Shown in pieces: positions 50,790 to 59,710 of a DNA stretch of 64,000 bases. The stretch is taken from contig JAFGSQ010000037.1 of NCBI GenBank assembly GCA_016934535.1, forward strand, positions 1 to 64,000, written 5' to 3'. The notes below the pieces were generated by a model. The model ran no database searches. It was not told the origin of the DNA and saw only the letters and a list, made by a program, of their open reading frames with translations. Origin of the DNA: a candidate division WOR-3 bacterium (GTDB lineage Bacteria > SDB-A). The first letter of the stretch is position 1. The number at the start of each line of letters is the position of its first letter. A program made the translations under genes and the position numbers.

Positions 50790-50888
50790 GTGCCTTCTGA
50801 CGGAGTTAAGTTATATTTATATGGTTAAAGATTCATCCATAAAGTATAATTCTATGAATAAAAAATCTTAAGTAAAGTAATATATGAG

Positions 50889-51785
50889 ATGAATGAATAC
50901 GAATCTGAAATCAACGACTACCTGAAGAAACTTTCTGTACTGAAGGATTCTTCGGAAAAAACACTCAGGGCTTACAGATCCGACCTGCTCGCTTTTTTCT
51001 CGTTTGTCGGGACTTTTGCGGATATAGCCGGAATTGAGGACGTCACAACTGAACACGTCAGAGGGTATGTAGTCAAGTTAATGAAAGAAAATTGCAAAAA
51101 GACGACAATTGCGAGAAAGATTTCGGTAATAAAGAACTTTTTCAGGAGCAGTATGAAAGAAGCAAGTCCCGCTGAAAAAATAACACCCATGAAAAAAGAC
51201 AGGTACCTGCCTTCTTACGTGACTGAAAAGGACATGGCTTCTCTTTTGAACAAAAAATCTCAGTCCGCGCCGAAAAATTTCAGGGACGAGGTGATAATAG
51301 ATCTGCTATACAGCACAGGCATAAGATCCGAAGAACTCGCCCGCATTGACATAGGGGACGTAAATCTCGCTGAAAGAGAGATACGTGTTCTCGGCAAGAG
51401 AAACAAGACGAGAATCGCCCCTTTTCCCGAAGCTCTCTTGAAACGGCTGGCGGACTACATCCATGAAAGAAAAAATGAAAAGTCGAAAGACGGTTCCAAT
51501 GCGCTTTTTTTGGGAAAACGGGGAGCGAGAATAAACACAAGAGAAATCAGAAGAATAGTGCACAGGGCGATTACCCCATTTATAACTGCTGAAAGGATGG
51601 GCGCTCACGTGCTCAGGCATTCTTTTGCGACTCACCTTCTCGACAACGGAGCTGACCTGAGGTTTGTTCAGGAACTTCTGGGTCATGCGAGCCCGACGAC
51701 TACTCAGATTTACACGCACGTGTCTCTGAAAAGACTGAAAGACATTTACAAAACCGCCCATCCCCGGTCGGGGAAAAAGGACTGA
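50889..51785 (+). CDS. xerC: Tyrosine recombinase XerC-like
   Basis: [38 protein letters not shown]. Confidence 0.88.
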   Translation: MNEYESEINDYLKKLSVLKDSSEKTLRAYRSDLLAFFSFVGTFADIAGIEDVTTEHVRGYVVKLMKENCKKTTIARKISVIKNFFRSSMKEASPAEKITPMKKDRYLPSYVTEKDMASLLNKKSQSAPKNFRDEVIIDLLYSTGIRSEELARIDIGDVNLAEREIRVLGKRNKTRIAPFPEALLKRLADYIHERKNEKSKDGSNALFLGKRGARINTREIRRIVHRAITPFITAERMGAHVLRHSFATHLLDNGADLRFVQELLGHASPTTTQIYTHVSLKRLKDIYKTAHPRSGKKD

Positions 51786-51786
51786 C

Positions 51787-52644
51787 ATGAAGATAGAGTT
51801 CAGACCGAATGAACAGAGAAAAGTTGTCGTGTCGTCAGGCTCCGGAATAGCGGTTAAAGTATTTATCATCGCCTGTGTGAGCGTTTTTATAGTTCAGTTC
51901 TTTTCCGGTCCCGAAGTTGGCATGAACATTCTCGCGCAAAAGTTAGGACTGGTCCCGCTCAGGGTGTGGAAGAATTTTGAACTTTGGAGGCTGGTGACCT
52001 ACGTGTTCCTTCACGGCGGTTTTTTTCACCTGTTTCTCAACCTGTTCGTATTCTGGATGTTCGGATCCGAACTCGAAACGCATTGGGGCAGCGGAGAATT
52101 CCTGAAATACATTACTATTGGCGGAATAGGCGCCGGGTTGCTTCAGGTAGTCGTAAGTCACAATTCACTAATACCGGTCGTCGGGGCTTCAGGAGTCGTT
52201 TTTGCGCTCCTTCTGGCGTACGGTTTGGAATTTCCGGACAGGAAAATTTATCTTTATTTTCTTTTTCCTGTCAAAGCGAGATATCTCGTCATGATACTGG
52301 GTGCCGTCGAGATTCTGATGATTATTTCCGACAGATCGTCCAACATAGCTCATCTGGCTCATCTCGGAGGCATGGTTTTCGGTTTTATTTATCTCAGGTT
52401 TTTAAAAAAAACGAAGATTTCGAGCAGAAATTCGCAGTTCAACATTCCTTACAGAGCCTTAAGTGAAGATGACAAAACGCTGAAAACAGGAAATTTGATC
52501 AGATTTTACGACGACGAGACTATAAAAAGAGAACTCGACAGGATTCTGACCAAGATTAAGTACCAGGGTAAAGAATCCATCACCGTCGAAGAGATGATGA
52601 TTCTCAAGGAAGCCGGCAGGCGTTTCAGCAGAAATTTCAACTGA
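51787..52644 (+). CDS. Rhomboid intramembrane serine protease with small C-terminal domain
   Basis: WRLVTY.FLH, GASG, AHLGG; tail ELDRILTKI...ESIT.EE. Confidence 0.92.
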   Translation: MKIEFRPNEQRKVVVSSGSGIAVKVFIIACVSVFIVQFFSGPEVGMNILAQKLGLVPLRVWKNFELWRLVTYVFLHGGFFHLFLNLFVFWMFGSELETHWGSGEFLKYITIGGIGAGLLQVVVSHNSLIPVVGASGVVFALLLAYGLEFPDRKIYLYFLFPVKARYLVMILGAVEILMIISDRSSNIAHLAHLGGMVFGFIYLRFLKKTKISSRNSQFNIPYRALSEDDKTLKTGNLIRFYDDETIKRELDRILTKIKYQGKESITVEEMMILKEAGRRFSRNFN

Positions 52645-52680
52645 ACAGTCAAGGGAGGATAAATCAGCGACATTGAAACC

Positions 52681-53646
52681 TTGAAAGAACTTTCCGAAAC
52701 TTTTTCGGAGCTTAAAAGAAAACTTAACCAAGTCGTAATAGGCCAGGAGAGGATGACGGATGTAATAATCTATTCTCTTCTCTGCGGCGCTCACAGTCTG
52801 ATAATCGGCGTACCCGGTCTCGGCAAAACCCTTACGGTACAGACAGTGGCGTCTCTTCTTGACCTCGATTTCAGGAGAATTCAGTTTACTCCGGACCTAA
52901 TGCCATCGGACATCACGGGATCTGATGTTCTCGAAGAAGACGCACTGACCGGAAAAAGGGAGTTCAGATTCATAAAAGGCCCTTTGTTCGCCAACATTAT
53001 TCTCGCTGACGAGATAAACAGAACTCCTCCGAAAACGCAGGCGGCTCTGCTCGAAGCCATGCAGGAGAGGCAGGTCACCGCTTCAGGCAAAACATACGCT
53101 CTGCCTTCGCCTTTTTTCGTTCTGGCCACTCAAAATCCAATCGAACAGGAAGGGACTTACCCTCTACCCGAAGCCGAACTCGACAGATTCATGTTCAGCT
53201 ATACAATGGATTATCCATCGGCCCAGGACGAAGCGAAGATAACGCTTGATACCACATCCGAAAGGGACGTCACCTTCTCTCCTGTTCTTGGTAAGCAAAA
53301 AATGGAAAAATTCAAAAAGCTTGTCGAGAAAATCCCCGTTTCTCAGAGTTTGGTGAACAAAGCGGTTGAAATCTCGAGAGCGACCAGACCGTCGAAGTCT
53401 TCACCGAAATGGGCTTCAAAATACATACTTTGGGGAGCGGGGACGAGGGCTTGCCAGAATCTGATTTTCGGTGCCAAAGCAAAAGCCGCAAGCGAAAACA
53501 GAAGCACACCGAATGAAGACGATTTGTTCTTTTTTATTGATTACGTTTTAAAACACAGACTGGTCCTGAGTTTTACCGCAGAAGCCGAGCAGGTAAACCA
53601 TCAGGACATTTTGGAAATGCTCAAGAAAGAAATAAACCGGAGGTAA
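52681..53646 (+). CDS. moxR: MoxR family AAA+ ATPase
   Basis: GVPGLGKT, RIQFTPDLMPSD, DEINR, ATQNPIEQEGTYPLPEA. Confidence 0.93.
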   Translation: MKELSETFSELKRKLNQVVIGQERMTDVIIYSLLCGAHSLIIGVPGLGKTLTVQTVASLLDLDFRRIQFTPDLMPSDITGSDVLEEDALTGKREFRFIKGPLFANIILADEINRTPPKTQAALLEAMQERQVTASGKTYALPSPFFVLATQNPIEQEGTYPLPEAELDRFMFSYTMDYPSAQDEAKITLDTTSERDVTFSPVLGKQKMEKFKKLVEKIPVSQSLVNKAVEISRATRPSKSSPKWASKYILWGAGTRACQNLIFGAKAKAASENRSTPNEDDLFFFIDYVLKHRLVLSFTAEAEQVNHQDILEMLKKEINRR

Positions 53647-53648
53647 CA

Positions 53649-54365
53649 GTGAAAAAATTCCTTTTGATAGCGATTATGCTTTGTTCAGTTCTTTTATCCG
53701 CCGAAGTTCCCTGGTCGGTGGGGGAGAACCTGAGATTTTCAGTACAATACGGAGCCATTACAGCGGGGGAAGCGGTCATGGTAGTTCAGAGCTACGAAAC
53801 CGTGTCGGGAAGACAGACATATAAAATTGTCAGTTACCTGAGAACGAACGACTATTTTTCCAAAATATTCAGGATAGACGACACTTATCAGAGTTTCATG
53901 GACATTGAACTTCTGTCTTCGAGGAAATTTGTAAAGCACATCGAAGAAGGATCATACAGGGCTGAAAGAGAGATAATTTTTATTCCGGAATTGAACGTCG
54001 CGCTGTATGACGAAGAAAAATTTCCAATTGAAGATAACACGCAGGACCTCCTGTCCTGCATATATTACGCCAGAACGCTTCCTCTCGAAGTTGGCGAGAA
54101 ATATCCCATAAACATTCATGATTCAAAAAAGAATTATTCCGGATACATAGACGTCCTCCGTTCCGAAACAGTCAGCACTCCTCTTGGGGAGTTTGAGTGC
54201 GTTGTAGCAAGAGCCACGGTAGAAGGGGCCACTATTTTTGCCAGCAGAGACGGTCTTGAAGTCTGGTACACTAACGACAACTGGCACATACCGGTTCTCG
54301 TCAGCCTTAAAATAATGGTAGGTTCGATTCAAATGGTTTTGGTCGACGCGGACATGGGAAATTGA
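53649..54365 (+). CDS. DUF3108-like exported protein
   Basis: Signal peptide; GENLRFSVQYG.ITAGEA, QDLLS..YY.R, VWYTND..HIPV. Confidence 0.75.
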   Translation: MKKFLLIAIMLCSVLLSAEVPWSVGENLRFSVQYGAITAGEAVMVVQSYETVSGRQTYKIVSYLRTNDYFSKIFRIDDTYQSFMDIELLSSRKFVKHIEEGSYRAEREIIFIPELNVALYDEEKFPIEDNTQDLLSCIYYARTLPLEVGEKYPINIHDSKKNYSGYIDVLRSETVSTPLGEFECVVARATVEGATIFASRDGLEVWYTNDNWHIPVLVSLKIMVGSIQMVLVDADMGN

Positions 54366-55420
54366 ACTCCCCTGTCAAACTCACTTCAGTAATAATTGCT
54401 GGAGGCAAAGGCGAACGGTTCTGGCCTCTGAGCACCTCCGAAAGGCCGAAGCAGTTCATAACCCTTTGGAACGCCGACAAAAAGAGCATGCTTGATGTGA
54501 CTTATGAAAGGCTGGAAACTCTTTCGCCTGGCGACACCTGGATACTTACAACATCGTCGCTGAAAGAGCCTCTCAAAAAAGCAGGGTACGGGGAAAACAG
54601 GATCATTTTTGAACCGGAGGGAAAGAACACTGCCATGGCTGTCGCTTTTGCCTGCGTGATGTTCGAAAAAGCGACCATCGGCGTTTTTCCCGCGGACCAT
54701 GTAATAGAAGGCGAAATTAAATTCCAAAAATGCGTGGAACAGGCCTGCGAACTGGCAGAAAAAGGCGACATCGTCATTTTCGGAATTGAACCGGACAGAG
54801 CGGACACGGGATACGGATACATAGAAATCGGAAAAAAAACAGGTGATAATTCGCACGAAGTTTCTCAGTTCAGGGAGAAACCGGACCTCGCGACGGCGAA
54901 GTCTTATTTAGAGAAAGGCAATTACCTCTGGAACGGAGGGATGTTCGTATTCAGAACCGACGTAATGCTTGAAGCATTCAGGAAACACGCTCCACATTTC
55001 GATGAATCCATATCTTTGCTAAAAAATTACGCGAAGACAAAAGACGGAATTTTCCTCGAAAGAGCTTATGCGGCAGCGCAATCACAACCGATAGACATAG
55101 CAATAATAGAAAAAACCCGAAACGTCAAATGTGTTTCGTGCGATTTTTTCTGGGACGACGTAGGATCCTGGCTCGCGCTCAGAAGACTGAGAAAACCCGA
55201 CGCAGACGGCAATGTTGTGATTGGAAACGTGTCAGTTGAAAACGTGAAAAATTCCATACTTCTTTCGGAAGATTCTCTGCTGGCAATGGGATTGTCTGAA
55301 GCAGTAATCGTTCAGGGGAAACACGGCACACTGATTTCCAGCGTCGAAGAAATCGGTTCTTTAAAAAAAGCTATAGGACGTCTTAGTGAAAATTCTGCTG
55401 GCGACAAACAACAGGGATAA
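54362..55420 (+). CDS. manC: Mannose-1-phosphate guanylyltransferase
   Basis: AGGKGERFWPLS..RPKQF, PADH, TGYGYI, FREKP, WDDVGSW. Confidence 0.92.
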   Translation: MNSPVKLTSVIIAGGKGERFWPLSTSERPKQFITLWNADKKSMLDVTYERLETLSPGDTWILTTSSLKEPLKKAGYGENRIIFEPEGKNTAMAVAFACVMFEKATIGVFPADHVIEGEIKFQKCVEQACELAEKGDIVIFGIEPDRADTGYGYIEIGKKTGDNSHEVSQFREKPDLATAKSYLEKGNYLWNGGMFVFRTDVMLEAFRKHAPHFDESISLLKNYAKTKDGIFLERAYAAAQSQPIDIAIIEKTRNVKCVSCDFFWDDVGSWLALRRLRKPDADGNVVIGNVSVENVKNSILLSEDSLLAMGLSEAVIVQGKHGTLISSVEEIGSLKKAIGRLSENSAGDKQQG

Positions 55421-55991
55421 GCGAAGAGAAATTTCTGACGTACTCTCCTCGGACCGGATTGAACTCGTCTTTCCCGAATCTTTGCCTGAAACGCCGCCAT
55501 TTGTCGTCGAGGATGGATTTTCTTACGAAGAGAATTCGCTTAAGAAAGCCCGCGCCTTTTCGCTTTGGGCTGGAATGAGCGCCCTGGCGGACGACACCGG
55601 ACTCGAAATTTCCGCTCTTTCCGGTGAACCGGGAATTTATTCGGCAAGATACGCCGGCGAAAAAGCTTCCTACGAGGACAACGTCAGGTTGCTTCTTGAA
55701 AACCTCAAAGACCAAAGCGACAGAAGAGCAAAATTCGTTTGTGTGATATGTTTATACACTTTTTTAAAAGAAAGTTTTTTCTTCAGGGGCGAAATCGAAG
55801 GCTTTATATCGTTTTTTCCCTCGGGAAATAAAGGATTCGGGTACGATCCCGTGTTTGTACCAAATGGACACGGCGTGAGTTTCGCTGAAATGCCTGAGGA
55901 ATTAAAAAACAAGATCAGCCACAGGGCAAAAGCTCTTGAAGCGTTTTCTCGGTGGCTGAAATCCGTTGACCTTCGGATTTTGGGCGTTTAA
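55386..55991 (+). CDS. rdgB: Non-canonical purine NTP pyrophosphatase
   Basis: ATNN..K, ADDTGL, PGIYSARY, GFGYDPVF, KISHR. Confidence 0.95.
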   Translation: MKILLATNNRDKRREISDVLSSDRIELVFPESLPETPPFVVEDGFSYEENSLKKARAFSLWAGMSALADDTGLEISALSGEPGIYSARYAGEKASYEDNVRLLLENLKDQSDRRAKFVCVICLYTFLKESFFFRGEIEGFISFFPSGNKGFGYDPVFVPNGHGVSFAEMPEELKNKISHRAKALEAFSRWLKSVDLRILGV

Positions 55992-55994
55992 AAT
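55966..55994 (+). promoter_or_regulatory. Sigma70 promoter of tRNA-Pro
   Basis: TTGACC-17-TAAAAT, 9 nt before the tRNA. Confidence 0.75.
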
Positions 55995-56003
55995 GCTTTT
56001 ATT

Positions 56004-56076
56004 CGGGGTGTGGCGCAGTTGGAAGCGCACCTGCTTTGGGAGCAGGGGGTCGTTGGTTCAAATCCAATCACCCCGA
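56004..56076 (+). tRNA. tRNA-Pro (anticodon TGG), CCA not encoded
   Basis: Acceptor CGGGGTG/CACCCCG, D-arm GCGC, anticodon arm CCTGC-TTTGGGA-GCAGG, T-loop TTCAAAT. Confidence 0.96.
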
Positions 56077-56104
56077 TAAAACAAATTAAACCTGAAGGCG
56101 GAAC

Positions 56105-56509
56105 TTGAAAAAAAAAGTAATAATTACTCTTTTTTTCCTTGCCGTTTTCATATCCGGTTTTGTATTGGGTCTGGCACAACCGCCGTGGGTCAGAATGAAC
56201 GAAAATCACCCCGGACATCTGGAATCACTCCATGAGTTTCCCGACACTTCAAACCTGATTTTGTCGGAACATGAAGACAGTTCAAATGACGTCGAATCGG
56301 CAGCCGTCCTGACTGTATTGCCCGAAACTTTACAAACTTCAGGGATAATTTCCGCTGAAACTGTTCATACAGACCCGCCAGGCGAATCAGACACTGCCGT
56401 AGATAATACTGAAGTCATTTTTCCGGTTGAAACACAGCCTGAGACGACTGCGGTTCTGACTGATACCTTCACAGCGCCGATAATTGACGACACTCTTGAA
56501 AGGTTTTGA
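56105..56509 (+). CDS. Membrane-anchored acidic, Thr/Pro-rich hypothetical protein
   Basis: KKK plus hydrophobic N-terminus, then low-complexity D/E/T/P sequence. Confidence 0.65.
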   Translation: MKKKVIITLFFLAVFISGFVLGLAQPPWVRMNENHPGHLESLHEFPDTSNLILSEHEDSSNDVESAAVLTVLPETLQTSGIISAETVHTDPPGESDTAVDNTEVIFPVETQPETTAVLTDTFTAPIIDDTLERF

Positions 56510-56513
56510 AGCT

Positions 56514-58589
56514 TTGCCAAAAAATTATTTCATTCTCGGACTTCACTGCCATCAGCCCGTTGGAAATTTCGGGTTCGTTTTCGAAGAGAATTTTAAAATG
56601 GCCTACGAACCCTTCATAGAAATGATGAAAAAATTCGACAGAATAAAAGTCGCGTTGCATTATTCCGGTCCTCTTCTCGAATGGGCCGAAGAAAACAATC
56701 CGGAGTTTTTAAATAACCTCGCATCTTTCTCCTCCCAGGAAAGAATCGAAATTATTTCGGGGGGATTTTACGAGCCCATACTTCCCGCCATACCCAGATG
56801 GGACGCGCTGGGACAGATAAAATACATGAACGGGTGGATATTTGAAAGATTTGGCGTTAAACCGAAAGGATTATGGCTCGCTGAAAGAGCGTGGGAGCCG
56901 CATCTACCTTCCTTGCTCTACGACGCCGGAATGAATTTCACATTTCTCGACGATTTTCATTTTTTCGGAGCCGGTGTCGCTGAAGACAGACTTGGCGGAT
57001 ATCACGTCAGTGAAGATCAGAATAAAAAAATAAACGTCTTCCCGATTTCGAAAGACCTGAGATACGCCATTCCGTTTCACCAGGTCGAAGAGGCCGTAAG
57101 ACTTGTAAAATCGGCGCCGAAAAATCTCAATGGAGATTCTCTTGCCGTTTTGTTCGACGACGGGGAAAAATTCGGAACGTGGCCCGGAACTTTTCAACAC
57201 GTATATACAGGAAGCTGGCTTGAAAACTTTTTCAGAGCCATTTCTGAAGATCCCGAAATTGAGATGATACTGCCTTCGCAAGCGGTGGCGAAACTTTCTC
57301 CGGCAGGATTGACCTATTTTCCGGCTTGTTCATATTTTGAACTGACTCAGTGGTGCCTGCCCACCGAAGCGAGGATTGATATTGAAACTTTTTCTGAGAA
57401 TGTGAAAAAAAACGGAAATAACGAGAAATACGAAGGATTTTTAAGAGGCGGATTTTGGAGAAATTACCTGTCGAAGTATCCGGAATCCAATCAGCTGAAC
57501 AAGAGAGTCGCGTTGATTTCCGAATCATCGCTCGACGATGACTGCCGGCCAGACGAAAAAAGGAAATGTATTTGGAGAGCACAGTGCAATTGCGGATATT
57601 GGCACGGTATATTCGGAGGGATATACCTGCCGCACCTCAGAGAAAGCCTCTACAAAAATCTTCTGTCGGCCGAGAAAATTCATTTTGCGGAAACAAAAGA
57701 AGGATCGGACTGGTCTAAATTATCAGCCGTAGATATCAACTCCGACGGCAGGGATGAATTGCTTTATCACGATTCGAAAATCACGGCCGTGATAGATCCT
57801 TTCAAAGGAGGAATGATAACAGAGCTCAGCGACAGGGACGTCATGTTCAATTTTGCCAACTGTCTTACACGAAAAGAGGAAGCTTATCACAGACACATGA
57901 AGACCTTGCCGGAAGATAACGACAGTGGAGTTGCGACCATACACGACAAATATCTTTACAGGGACCGGGATGCCGCACAATTCCTCTATTTTGACACCGA
58001 TTCGCAGGGGATTTTTTTCGATCTTGTCTCTCTCGGCAAAGAGAACGAAGACCCGTTCAGAGATGGAGTGATTTTTGACAGCAGAAAATCCTTCAGAGAT
58101 TGCTCGACTAAAAAAGAAGGTGATAACTGGATATTCGATTTCGAAAAAGATATGACCGAAAAATTTTCTATTAAAAATACAAAAATTTTGACGGCAAATT
58201 CAAAGAGAATCATGTCCTTTTATTCACTCGAAAACCTTTCGGATGCCTGTCTTTATTTCAGGTGTTATATTTGCCTTCTCGTGCCCGAAGCCTTCAGCGA
58301 GAAGAGGCGTTTCTCTTTCGGTAACGGCGAAAAATCAGCCTTTCCCGGAGACAGAACCGAATTCAATGGAAATGCTTTGAAATTTACCGATGAAGTGGTT
58401 GGATCAGTATTGACGATGTCTTCCTCCGTATCAGCAGATTGGCTTTTAACGCCTGCTTATTCTGTTAATCTCAGCGAAAGCGGATTTGAAAAGAACATGC
58501 AGTCGGTCATAATATCAGCCGGACGCTGGTTTTGCGAAGACAGAAAAGAAGAAATGACGGTTGAAATAAATATTAACAACTGGAGGTAA
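56514..58589 (+). CDS. GH57 alpha-amylase/4-alpha-glucanotransferase
   Basis: HCHQPVGNF, GGFYEPIL, WLAERAWEP, DDGEKFG.WP, WHGIFGG.Y.PHLR; probable TTG start at 56514. Confidence 0.9.
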   Translation: MPKNYFILGLHCHQPVGNFGFVFEENFKMAYEPFIEMMKKFDRIKVALHYSGPLLEWAEENNPEFLNNLASFSSQERIEIISGGFYEPILPAIPRWDALGQIKYMNGWIFERFGVKPKGLWLAERAWEPHLPSLLYDAGMNFTFLDDFHFFGAGVAEDRLGGYHVSEDQNKKINVFPISKDLRYAIPFHQVEEAVRLVKSAPKNLNGDSLAVLFDDGEKFGTWPGTFQHVYTGSWLENFFRAISEDPEIEMILPSQAVAKLSPAGLTYFPACSYFELTQWCLPTEARIDIETFSENVKKNGNNEKYEGFLRGGFWRNYLSKYPESNQLNKRVALISESSLDDDCRPDEKRKCIWRAQCNCGYWHGIFGGIYLPHLRESLYKNLLSAEKIHFAETKEGSDWSKLSAVDINSDGRDELLYHDSKITAVIDPFKGGMITELSDRDVMFNFANCLTRKEEAYHRHMKTLPEDNDSGVATIHDKYLYRDRDAAQFLYFDTDSQGIFFDLVSLGKENEDPFRDGVIFDSRKSFRDCSTKKEGDNWIFDFEKDMTEKFSIKNTKILTANSKRIMSFYSLENLSDACLYFRCYICLLVPEAFSEKRRFSFGNGEKSAFPGDRTEFNGNALKFTDEVVGSVLTMSSSVSADWLLTPAYSVNLSESGFEKNMQSVIISAGRWFCEDRKEEMTVEININNWR

Positions 58590-58590
58590 T

Positions 58591-59352
58591 ATGGAAAATG
58601 ATATCGGCGCTATCTTCAACGTACTCAAATACGGATCCGAAAAAGAAAAAAAAACTATATACATAAAATTCGGAACGGATGAAAAACTGCTGGGCGAGTT
58701 TCTCAAGAACGTGACAAGCTCGGATTATCTCGACAGGATTACGATAGCAAAAGCCGCTGCCTACGTTCAGTCGAAAAAAATGCTCGGACCAGTCATGGGC
58801 CTTTTGAGCGATGAAAACAAATACGTCAGGCAGGCCGCATGCGACGCGCTCGGAGAAATGGAATACAAGGAGGCGGTTCCTTATCTAACAAAAGAAATGT
58901 ATTCCGACGAATCGTATATAGTGTGGACGAGAGCCGCAGTGGCTCTCTATAAACTCGGCGAAGACAAGGGCGTAAAAATGCTCGTCGAAAATTACAATTT
59001 CACTGAACCTATGAAAACAGAACCGGCAGTAACGGAAGCGCTCAGAGAACTCAAGATAGACCCGGCTACGTTCAAAGGAAAAAAGGAAAAATGTTTTGTA
59101 GTCACTGCCTGCGAGGGTGAGAATTCAGACACTGTTTTATGCCTTTCAAGATGGCGGGATGATTTTCTGATAAAAACTTTATGTGGGAGAACTTTTGTTT
59201 CATTATACAACATTGTGGGCCCTCCGGTCGCCAAAACTATTGAGAAATCTGATGTTCTCAGAACAGTGGCGAGAAAAACACTTATCCGGCCCTTATTTTA
59301 TGTAGTATCGAGATATTTAGCCAATGACGACAGGCATTCTGAGGCATCTTAA
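58591..59352 (+). CDS. HEAT-repeat protein with C-terminal CFI-box-CTERM-like domain
   Basis: LLSDENKYVRQAACDALGEM HEAT unit; tail CFVVTAC...LSRWRDDFL..TLCGRTFVSLYNIVGPPVA...LRTVAR. Confidence 0.8.
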   Translation: MENDIGAIFNVLKYGSEKEKKTIYIKFGTDEKLLGEFLKNVTSSDYLDRITIAKAAAYVQSKKMLGPVMGLLSDENKYVRQAACDALGEMEYKEAVPYLTKEMYSDESYIVWTRAAVALYKLGEDKGVKMLVENYNFTEPMKTEPAVTEALRELKIDPATFKGKKEKCFVVTACEGENSDTVLCLSRWRDDFLIKTLCGRTFVSLYNIVGPPVAKTIEKSDVLRTVARKTLIRPLFYVVSRYLANDDRHSEAS

Positions 59353-59418
59353 AATATACATTCATTGTATATGTATTTCTAACGAACTCCGTTTGTATGC
59401 CTTTATGAATAATTATTA

Positions 59419-59446
59419 TTGACATTTTTTTTAAAAATGTTATAAG
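59419..59446 (+). promoter_or_regulatory. Promoter of histone-like gene with overlapping inverted repeat
   Basis: TTGACA-16-TATAAG with extended TG; ACATTTTT/AAAAATGT inverted repeat across the spacer. Confidence 0.6.
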
Positions 59447-59476
59447 TAATATAGTTAACATCAAATGGAGGCAAAA

Positions 59477-59599
59477 ATGGCAGTAAAGAAGAAAGCGACA
59501 ACGGCGAAGAAGACTTGCAAAACAGCTAAACCGGCGGCCAAGAAAACAGTGAAAAAAGCCGCGGCGAAAAAACCGGCAGCGAAAGCCAAAAAGAAATAA
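59477..59599 (+). CDS. Small Lys/Ala-rich histone-H1-like protein (40 aa)
   Basis: Below ORF-track cutoff; SD GGAGG; MAVKKKATTAKKTCKTAKPAAKKTVKKAAAKKPAAKAKKK. Confidence 0.85.
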   Translation: MAVKKKATTAKKTCKTAKPAAKKTVKKAAAKKPAAKAKKK

Positions 59600-59616
59600 C
59601 ACTAGTTATTTCGGAG

Positions 59617-59692
59617 ATCAGGAATCTCTGTGAAAACAAGCGGCTCGAATAGCATTTGCTGGTTATCTCGGCGCCGCTGACAGGGTTTTGAT
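59617..59692 (+). ncRNA. Putative structured RNA (long interrupted hairpin) in 3' region of histone-like gene
   Basis: Nested pairings ATCAGGA/TTTTGAT, CTCTGT/ACAGGG, AGCGGC/GCCGCT, TCGA/TCGG, ATAGC/GTTAT. Confidence 0.4.
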
Positions 59693-59710
59693 GTTTGCTG
59701 TTTTTTTCTT

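Noticed and set aside
50889..56076. Tyrosine recombinase plus tRNA as an integrative element
   Set aside because: The recombinase looks like housekeeping XerC, intervening genes are core, and I found no duplicated tRNA 3' end
59282..59602. 106-aa minus ORF rich in Phe/Arg/Cys
   Set aside because: Mirror of the Lys/Ala codons of the + strand gene, which has the SD and promoter
59617..59692. Hairpin as SECIS, SRP or 6S RNA
   Set aside because: No in-frame UGA upstream, no SRP domain IV motif, too short for 6S
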